Positions 25,514 through 31,954 of a DNA stretch of 31,954 bases are shown in pieces. Source of the stretch: a bacterium. Its GTDB lineage: Bacteria > UBA9089. The translations under genes and the position numbers were made by a program. The stretch is from positions 1-31,954 of the forward strand of contig DNCN01000116.1 of the NCBI GenBank assembly GCA_003485015.1. The letters are read 5' to 3'. The notes beneath the pieces are model-generated. The model was given only the letters and a program-made list of their open reading frames with translations. It was not told the DNA's origin and searched no databases. The stretch's first letter is position 1; each line of letters begins with the position of its first letter.

Positions 25514-26293
25514 TTGTTTTTAGATAAGATTGTTAAGGAGAAGTATAAAGAGATTGAGGAGAGGAAGAAGAATATTCCCCTTGAAGAACTGAAGAGGGGG
25601 CTAGATGGGCGAGATAAGGTCCGCGATTTTAAAAGAGCCATTACCAGAGGGAAAGATGTACCCATTCGGCTGATTGCTGAAATAAAACACTTCTCGCCCC
25701 TTGGGTGGATAATTCGTGAGGATTTTGTCCCTTCTCTTCTAGCAAAGGCCTATGAAGACCGGTGCGTTGCAGCTATCTCGGTTTTGACCGACAGGAATTT
25801 TGGGGGAGAACTTACTCATCTTAAGGAGGTTCGAGAGACGGTTACTCTTCCTCTTTTACGTAAAGATTTTATCCTTGATCCTTACCAGATATACGAGGCC
25901 AGGCTAAATGGGGCAGATGCCGTACTTCTTATTGCCGCCATCCTTAAAGAGGATGAGATTAACAACCTTATCTCGTTAAGTAATGAATTGAAGATGGCCG
26001 CCCTGGTTGAGGTTCATAACGAATCAGAACTGGATAAGGCCTTAAAGACAGAAGCTCAGATCATTGGGATAAATAATCGCAATCTTTACACATTCACTGT
26101 TGATCTAAAGACTACCCTTAGACTGAAACCCTTGATACCACCCTCTAAGATTGTAGTTAGCGAAAGTGGCATAAGTACCCATGAAGAGATTCTTCTTCTT
26201 AAAGAAAAGGAAATTGATGCTGTTCTTATTGGTGAAGCAATCTTAAGATCCAAGGATGTCGGCTCAAAGATCGATAAACTTTTAGGAAGATGA
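25514..26293 (+). CDS. trpC: Indole-3-glycerol phosphate synthase
   Basis: TTG start (less certain); IAEIK, ISVLTD, LRKDFI.DPYQI, GADAVLLI, LVEVH, GINNRNL, VSESGI. Confidence 0.95.
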   Translation: MFLDKIVKEKYKEIEERKKNIPLEELKRGLDGRDKVRDFKRAITRGKDVPIRLIAEIKHFSPLGWIIREDFVPSLLAKAYEDRCVAAISVLTDRNFGGELTHLKEVRETVTLPLLRKDFILDPYQIYEARLNGADAVLLIAAILKEDEINNLISLSNELKMAALVEVHNESELDKALKTEAQIIGINNRNLYTFTVDLKTTLRLKPLIPPSKIVVSESGISTHEEILLLKEKEIDAVLIGEAILRSKDVGSKIDKLLGR

Positions 26294-26931
26294 CCAAGAT
26301 CAAAGTTTGTGGAATAACTAATCTTGAAGATGCTTTGGTGGTCATCGATTCTGGATGCGATGCCCTTGGGTTTGTCTTTACCAGGAGCCCAAGGACAATT
26401 AGCCCTGAGGAGGCTCAGATAATTATCGAGAGACTCCCTTCTTCCATAAAGAAGGTTGGAGTGTTTGTCAACGAAGATATATTACGGGTGAAAGAGATAG
26501 CTAAGATCTGCCGACTTGACCTCCTCCAGTTCCATGGAGATGAGACACCGGATTACTGCTTGATGTTTGAGCTCCCTATCATCAAGGCCTTCCGGATAAA
26601 GGATAAAGAAAGCATGAAGAGATTAAATGATTATCAGGTAGCGGCATATCTCCTCGACTCTTACTCTGAAGAGGTTTATGGAGGAACAGGTAAAGGGTTT
26701 AACTGGGAGCTGGCCAAAGAGGCCAAGGCATTTGGCCCCATTATCTTAGCTGGCGGGCTTAATTCCTCAAATGTAACTCGGGCGATTAAAGAGGTTGAAC
26801 CCTACGGTGTTGATGTCTCAAGCGGTGTGGAGGAGAGTCCTGGCCAGAAGGACCACCTTAAGATAAGAGAGTTTATCCGGGTGGTAAGACTGGTGTCTTT
26901 GAGGGAAGAGAAGGAAGCTGGTCCCCTGTAA
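26290..26931 (+). CDS. trpF: Phosphoribosylanthranilate isomerase
   Basis: KIKVCGIT, LQFHG.E, LLDS, GGTG, LAGGL, GVDVSSGVE; ATGA overlap with trpC. Confidence 0.96.
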   Translation: MTKIKVCGITNLEDALVVIDSGCDALGFVFTRSPRTISPEEAQIIIERLPSSIKKVGVFVNEDILRVKEIAKICRLDLLQFHGDETPDYCLMFELPIIKAFRIKDKESMKRLNDYQVAAYLLDSYSEEVYGGTGKGFNWELAKEAKAFGPIILAGGLNSSNVTRAIKEVEPYGVDVSSGVEESPGQKDHLKIREFIRVVRLVSLREEKEAGPL

Positions 26932-26963
26932 GGATATTATGGAGATTGATCATCTATAGCCAC

Positions 26964-27764
26964 TTACATCCTTTGGGTGATTACTCTCATCTTCTCACCC
27001 AAAAGCCTTTCGCCAAGTTTGATGAAATTCGCCGAAGTGTCACTAAGATAGAATTTATAGGTAACATCTGAATTCTCCTCCCGAAGTAGTCCCTCTTCTT
27101 TGAGAGTTTTCCTAGTTATTCGGGCCATCTCGGTGGCCGAATTAACTAGAACAACTCCTTCACCTAACACCTTCTGAATGATGGGCTTTAGGAATGGATA
27201 ATGGGTGCAGCCCAGGATAAGGGTGTCAATCTTATTATCTTTTAATGGAGAAAGATATTCCTCAGCCACTAAGGTGGTCACCTTATGATTCACCCAGCCC
27301 TCTTCGACCAAAGGAACAAAGAGGGGACAGGCTTGAGAGATGACCGTAAGATTTGGATTAAGCCTTTTTAGTTCGTTTACATAGCTCCCGCTGACAATAG
27401 TAGTTGAAGTACCAATCACACCTACTCTGTTATTCCGTGTAACCTGAAGTGCAGTCGATACCCCTGCTTGGATTACTCCAATAATCGGTCGATCAAATTC
27501 CCCCTTAAGGAGATCCAAGGCGACGGAAGAAGCCGTATTGCAAGCTATGATAATCAATTTAGCCCCCTGGTCGACCAGAAAGTGAGTAATCTCCCTGGAG
27601 AATTTAATTACGGTCTCTTTAGACTTCGACCCATAGGGAGTTCGGGCGATGTCTCCAAAATAGACCACATCTTCCAAAGGGAGCTCTTTGATTACCTCGG
27701 CGACTACCGTCAACCCCCCTACGCCAGAATCGAATATCCCAATGGGTAAAGTTTTATTGCTCAT
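26964..27764 (-). CDS. murI: Glutamate racemase
   Basis: FDSGVGGLTV, PYG, ACNTAS, LGCTHYP (both catalytic Cys present). Confidence 0.98.
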   Translation of the reverse strand: MSNKTLPIGIFDSGVGGLTVVAEVIKELPLEDVVYFGDIARTPYGSKSKETVIKFSREITHFLVDQGAKLIIIACNTASSVALDLLKGEFDRPIIGVIQAGVSTALQVTRNNRVGVIGTSTTIVSGSYVNELKRLNPNLTVISQACPLFVPLVEEGWVNHKVTTLVAEEYLSPLKDNKIDTLILGCTHYPFLKPIIQKVLGEGVVLVNSATEMARITRKTLKEEGLLREENSDVTYKFYLSDTSANFIKLGERLLGEKMRVITQRM

Positions 27765-27769
27765 AGAAA

Positions 27770-28495
27770 CTATAGATTCTCTAAGAGTTTCACTGCTTCT
27801 AAGGCTATCCTTATCTCATCTCTGATTGCCCTGGCTGTAACTTCTGTCTCCATTACCTGTTCGCCGTAGAGGATATTACCTGTTGTCGCTAGAATAGCTC
27901 CAACCTTTAATCCTTTTACTAGTCCCAGGGCAAAGAGTCCGGCACACTCCATCTCAAAGGCTACCACACCCTTATCCTCCCAGGTTTTTGCTTGGCGGAC
28001 CTCACCATAGAAAGCATCAGATGTCCCTATTATTCCTACAGTGTATTCTATTTCGAAGAAAGTAGCTGCCTCAACCAATGTCTTTAATACTGTAAAGTCC
28101 GGTACAGGTGGTAATGGCTCCAGTTCATAAGCCGTTAAGATGCCACATAGGGGGACGGCGCCGTTAGGGATGACTATCCTTCCTGGGGGGATGTCCCTTT
28201 TGACTGCCCCGCAAGTTCCCACCCGAATAACGGTCTTTACCCCAAGAATATTCAGCTCCTCAAGCACGATAGAGGCTGAAGGAGAGCCCATCCCAGTAGT
28301 AACCACTGAGATTGGTATTCCAGCATAGGTCCCGGTGTAGGACAGGAGTCCTCTGAATTCATTGACCATCCGGGGGCTATCCAGATATTCTTGAGCAATT
28401 ATCCTAGTTCTGTTGGGATCACCTGGCAACAAGGCATACTCGGCTAGATCCCCTGGTTGACACTTCAGATGATGCAATTTTAAATGTTTCCCCAT
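27770..28495 (-). CDS. Nucleoside phosphorylase, PNP/UDP family 1 (Udp/DeoD-like; substrate uncertain)
   Basis: GDPNR, FRG, GMGSPS, IRVGTCG, SDAFY, FEME motifs. Confidence 0.9.
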   Translation of the reverse strand: MGKHLKLHHLKCQPGDLAEYALLPGDPNRTRIIAQEYLDSPRMVNEFRGLLSYTGTYAGIPISVVTTGMGSPSASIVLEELNILGVKTVIRVGTCGAVKRDIPPGRIVIPNGAVPLCGILTAYELEPLPPVPDFTVLKTLVEAATFFEIEYTVGIIGTSDAFYGEVRQAKTWEDKGVVAFEMECAGLFALGLVKGLKVGAILATTGNILYGEQVMETEVTARAIRDEIRIALEAVKLLENL

Positions 28496-28567
28496 TTTAC
28501 TACTTCCTCACCATTAAGTTTACTAACTTCCTTACACGGTAAGATGCCTCACCTTTTTCTCAACTTC

Positions 28568-29629
28568 TCACCCCTTCAACTCTTTCTCTATCTCTTCAAG
28601 TAAGCATTTGAGCATCTCCTTTTCCTTGACCTTTTTGAGGATCTTACCCCTTTTGAAGATGAGACCCACCCCTTTACCAGCCGCTAAGCCAATATCAGCT
28701 TCACGAGCCTCGCCTGGACCATTGACCACACAGCCCATCACAGCCACCTTCAGTAGTCGGGTAGCGAGTGATGAGTAGTGAGTAGTGAGCTTCTCTTCTA
28801 ATTGAGTTACAACTTTTATCAAGTCGATTTCGCAGCGGCCACAGGTAGGACAAGAGATAAGATCAATACCCGCCTGAAGATCCAGAGCTTTTAGGATCTC
28901 GTAACCTACCTTTATCTCCTCAACCGGGTCCCCAGTTAAAGAGACTCTAATTGTATCGCCAATCCCTTCAGCCAAAAGGATTCCAATCCCGATGGCTGAT
29001 TTGATACTTCCCCGGCCGGGTGGACCAGTTTCGGTGATTCCAATATGGAAGGGATAGTCTACTTTTTCGGCCATGAGTCGATAGGCCGAGATTGTTGTAG
29101 AGATTGATGAGGCCTTAAGAGAGATAACGATTTCAGAGAAGCCAAGCCTCTCAAAGATCTCAATACAATTTAGGGCAGAATCTACCAGAGCTTCGGGGGT
29201 AGGATGCGGATATTTCCTTCGATTGAGAGAACCGGCGTTAACGCCAATCCGAATGGGAATTCCCCGGGCCTTAGCACTTTTAACAATCTCTTCAATCTGA
29301 CTCTTCTTTCTAATGTTACCCGGGTTTATCCTTAACTTATCTACGCCCTGTCTTATGGCCTCAAGAGCAAGGAGATGGTCGAAGTGGATATCAGCTACTA
29401 AGGGAATATCAACCTCTCTCTTTATCTTACCCAGTAGTCTTGCCACTTCCATATCAGGTACAGCTACCCGTACGATCTGGCAGCCAGCCTCTTTCAGCCT
29501 TATGATCTCTCTTACTGTTGCTTTCAGATCCCGGGTATCGGTCTTAGTCATCGATTGGATGGGAATAGGAAAAGTCCCGCCAATAAAGACATCTCCTATT
29601 CTGACTTGACGGCTTATTCTTCTTGCCAT
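28568..29629 (-). CDS. ispG: HMBPP synthase IspG/GcpE (start revised to ATG 29629)
   Basis: QSMTKT, PLVADIHF, RINPGN, IRIGVNAGSL, GDTIRVSLT, CPTCGRC, GCVVNGPGE. Confidence 0.98.
   Translation of the reverse strand: MARRISRQVRIGDVFIGGTFPIPIQSMTKTDTRDLKATVREIIRLKEAGCQIVRVAVPDMEVARLLGKIKREVDIPLVADIHFDHLLALEAIRQGVDKLRINPGNIRKKSQIEEIVKSAKARGIPIRIGVNAGSLNRRKYPHPTPEALVDSALNCIEIFERLGFSEIVISLKASSISTTISAYRLMAEKVDYPFHIGITETGPPGRGSIKSAIGIGILLAEGIGDTIRVSLTGDPVEEIKVGYEILKALDLQAGIDLISCPTCGRCEIDLIKVVTQLEEKLTTHYSSLATRLLKVAVMGCVVNGPGEAREADIGLAAGKGVGLIFKRGKILKKVKEKEMLKCLLEEIEKELKG
28753..28788. repeat. In-frame heptamer tract inside ispG
   Basis: GTAGTCGG GTAGCGA GTGATGA GTAGTGA GTAGTGA (8+4x7 = 36 nt). Confidence 0.75.
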
Positions 29630-30987
29630 TGCCACGCCTTGATCCACTCAAAGGCCTTCTCTTTGATTCCTTGATAGAGTTTAGTCTTTGAGAGGTCATT
29701 GAGGGTGGTAAAGACAAAGAGAGAGATGATGAGGGCGAATCCGATCTTAATGGCTATCTCCTGGATTTTGAGGCTGACCATCTTTCGCCGGACTCCTTCG
29801 ATGAGGCAGAAGACGATGTTTCCACCGTCGACAACAGGTATGGGCAGGAGATTGAGGACTCCCAAGTTGATGCTCAAGAAGGCGATAAAGAAGAGAAGAC
29901 TATTTAAACCCCGCTGGGCATGTTCACCAGCCATTCGGGCAATACCTACTGGGCCAGTGACCTCTCGCCAGGAGGCCTGACCACTCAAGAGCATACCCAG
30001 AGAGTAAATGGTGAGCTTAACCGAGCCTAAGGCCTGGCCAAGTCCTAAAGGGATTGCCTCAAGCAGTGGGAATTTCTGAATCTTGATCTTCATGACCGGT
30101 GGACTGATGCCTATTAAGCCCACCTTCTCAAGGCCACCATCTGTTTTTGGTATCCAATCTTCAACAGGCACTAATTCCACCTCGAATTCATCGCTCCCTC
30201 GCTTAACCCCAACCCTCAGATTCATGCCGCTACTTTGATAGACGATTTCGGTTAAGTCATCCCAGGTGATGATGGATCTACCGTCTATCGAGGTGATTAT
30301 ATCCCCTTCCTTAAGGCCTGCCTTGGCAGCCGGATAATTGGGTTTTATCCTTCCAATTTGAGATAAGATCAGATAGTCAAGACCAAGATCTTCGAATTTG
30401 ATCTCAGAATCTTCTTCTATAATGAGCTCTGTCTCGTGCCCGTCTCTTAAAACCTTTATTTTTAATATCCTTGAAGGATTGTCATCTACAGTTGTAGCTA
30501 AGTCATCCCAATATTGGATCTTTTTTCCTGAGACCTCAATGATCTCGTCTTTTACTCTTATTCCAGCCTTCTCACCCAAGAGACCACTCTCTACTCTTCC
30601 CACAAGATTGGGAGGAACGGCCATGGGGACACCGATGATAAAGAGCATGATGAATAGAGGAATGGCAAAGCCCATACTGAAGAATGGCCCACCTAGGTAA
30701 ACCGCCATCCTTTTCCACCAAGGCTTAGAGAGGAACTCATGCTCTTCGATAGGCTTATCCTTGCCAGGCTCCTCACCAGGCAATTTCACATAACCTCCAA
30801 AGGGTATGATCGAGAGGCGATAGTCTGTCCCTTTATACTTGAAGCCAATGAGTCTCTTGCCAAATCCGAGGGAGAATGTCTCTACCCTGATTCCGAAGAG
30901 CTTAGCCAGAATAAAGTGCCCCAATTCATGGATGAATATAGCTATCCCAAAGGTGACGAGGATCCCCAGTAATTTCGTTAATATCAC
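29614..30987 (-). CDS. rseP: RseP-type site-2 intramembrane zinc metalloprotease (M50) with two PDZ-like domains
   Basis: HELGH, FSLGFG, LSIIPFGGYVK, two GD/KDEI...(D)GxxI..W.DL PDZ-like repeats, NLLPIPVVDGG; GTGA overlap with dxr. Confidence 0.96.
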   Translation of the reverse strand: MILTKLLGILVTFGIAIFIHELGHFILAKLFGIRVETFSLGFGKRLIGFKYKGTDYRLSIIPFGGYVKLPGEEPGKDKPIEEHEFLSKPWWKRMAVYLGGPFFSMGFAIPLFIMLFIIGVPMAVPPNLVGRVESGLLGEKAGIRVKDEIIEVSGKKIQYWDDLATTVDDNPSRILKIKVLRDGHETELIIEEDSEIKFEDLGLDYLILSQIGRIKPNYPAAKAGLKEGDIITSIDGRSIITWDDLTEIVYQSSGMNLRVGVKRGSDEFEVELVPVEDWIPKTDGGLEKVGLIGISPPVMKIKIQKFPLLEAIPLGLGQALGSVKLTIYSLGMLLSGQASWREVTGPVGIARMAGEHAQRGLNSLLFFIAFLSINLGVLNLLPIPVVDGGNIVFCLIEGVRRKMVSLKIQEIAIKIGFALIISLFVFTTLNDLSKTKLYQGIKEKAFEWIKAWQWQEE

Positions 30988-31954
30988 TTTTTCCCAGTTA
31001 CCTCCCTAGCCCAAGCATCGGACCACAGGATCCGGTCCAAGTCTGGATTGATCACAACCTCATGTTTCTCCATGGTCTTTTCAATCAATGCAGGAATCTC
31101 CATAAAGCCAATTCTATTTTTCAAGAATAGATCTACAGCTACCTCATTTGCCGCTGAAAGGACGGCTGGCATCGTCCCTCCGATCTCAGCGGCTTTTAAG
31201 GCTAGATTAAGACAGGGAAAACGTTCAAGGTCAGGCTCTTCGAAGTTTAGTTGCCCAATCTTTGCCAGATTGAGCTTAGGAAATTCATTCAACTGTCTCT
31301 CTGGATAACTGAGGGCATAACTTATAGGTAGCCTCATGTCTGGTATTGAGAGTTGGGCTAAAACCGAACCATCCACAAATTCAACCAAGGAGTGCACCAG
31401 GGACTCTGGATGAATGAGAACGGAGATTCTTTTTACTTCAACTCCAAAGAGATAGTGGGCTTCGATGATCTCTAGACCTTTGTTCATCAAAGTGGCGGAA
31501 TCTACTGAGATCTTCCTACCCATCTGCCACCGAGGATGATTAATAGCTTCCTGGGGGGTGATCTCCTTTAGATCCTCTATGGGTCTTCGTAGGAGGGGGC
31601 CTCCCGAGGCGGTAAGAATAATCCGCTGGACCTTCTCTAAAGAATGTCCTTCTAAACATTGAAAGATTCCAGAATGTTCGCTGTCGATAGGCAGGATCTT
31701 AACCCCTTTCTCTTTGGCTAGATCCATGATTAGCTTGCCAGCCATGACCAAAGGTTCCTTATTGGCAATGGCCACGGTTTTTTTGGCCTTAATGGCTTCA
31801 ATGACGGGGATGAGTCCTACCCCACCAACTATAGCGGAGATAACTAAGTCTACCTCGCTTGAGGTAGCTATTCTGACTAACCCCTCTAAACCAGAGACGA
31901 TTTCAACCCCGTCTTGGATCCTTATCCGGAGCTCATCTGCCCGCTCTTCATCCA
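30984..31954 (-). CDS. dxr: 1-deoxy-D-xylulose 5-phosphate reductoisomerase, 3' part (5' end beyond window; frame open from 31952)
   Basis: SAIVG..GL.P, ANKE, PIDSEHS, LTASGGP, HPRWQMGRKISVDSATLMNKGLE. Confidence 0.98.
   Translation of the reverse strand, partial: DEERADELRIRIQDGVEIVSGLEGLVRIATSSEVDLVISAIVGGVGLIPVIEAIKAKKTVAIANKEPLVMAGKLIMDLAKEKGVKILPIDSEHSGIFQCLEGHSLEKVQRIILTASGGPLLRRPIEDLKEITPQEAINHPRWQMGRKISVDSATLMNKGLEIIEAHYLFGVEVKRISVLIHPESLVHSLVEFVDGSVLAQLSIPDMRLPISYALSYPERQLNEFPKLNLAKIGQLNFEEPDLERFPCLNLALKAAEIGGTMPAVLSAANEVAVDLFLKNRIGFMEIPALIEKTMEKHEVVINPDLDRILWSDAWAREVTGKK

Noticed and set aside
6864-29647. ORF-track starts for fusA (6864), rplP (14498), rpsN (16655), rplF (17287), rpsD (23319), rplQ (25042), ispG (29647) and dxr (31775)
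   Set aside because: Longest-ORF artefacts; downstream ATGs match family N-termini and mostly have SD motifs. The dxr start is internal because the gene runs off the window, and the same applies to the rpoB start at 88.
29820-29855. RseP VDG in place of LDG
   Set aside because: The zinc-ligand Asp and HExxH are retained; conservative change.

Overview
Bacterial core-genome window (genetic code 11) with no mobile element, CRISPR array, tRNA or rRNA. On the + strand: the 3' part of rpoB, rpoC, a 374-nt intergenic region, then an uninterrupted str-S10-spc-alpha supercluster of 35 genes (rpsL to rplQ, including fusA, tuf, secY, adk, map, infA, rpoA, and rpmJ, which the ORF track misses), followed by an isolated trpC-trpF pair. 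On the - strand, converging on trpF: dxr (partial)-rseP-ispG-nucleoside phosphorylase-murI. The gene content is ordinary, and I do not see a new multi-gene system. Four things deserve a second look. (1) A ~300-nt leader between a near-consensus sigma70 promoter and rpsL holds a long hairpin, a possible H-type pseudoknot and an intrinsic terminator, making it a candidate attenuator for the supercluster. (2) Period-7 tandem repeats of unrelated sequence occur in several spacers, including an inverted pair forming a hairpin at rpsD-rpoA, and one tract lies in frame inside ispG. (3) Several proteins have unusual features: a CxCx4Cx2C insert in EF-Tu, an RNA polymerase beta' trigger-loop insertion with three SBHM-like motifs, a 77-aa charged tail on uS3, and a nucleoside phosphorylase with a non-canonical base pocket. 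(4) trpCF is separated from the other trp genes. RNA pairings were found by eye, not by folding software, and comparisons with homologues are from memory, not searches.
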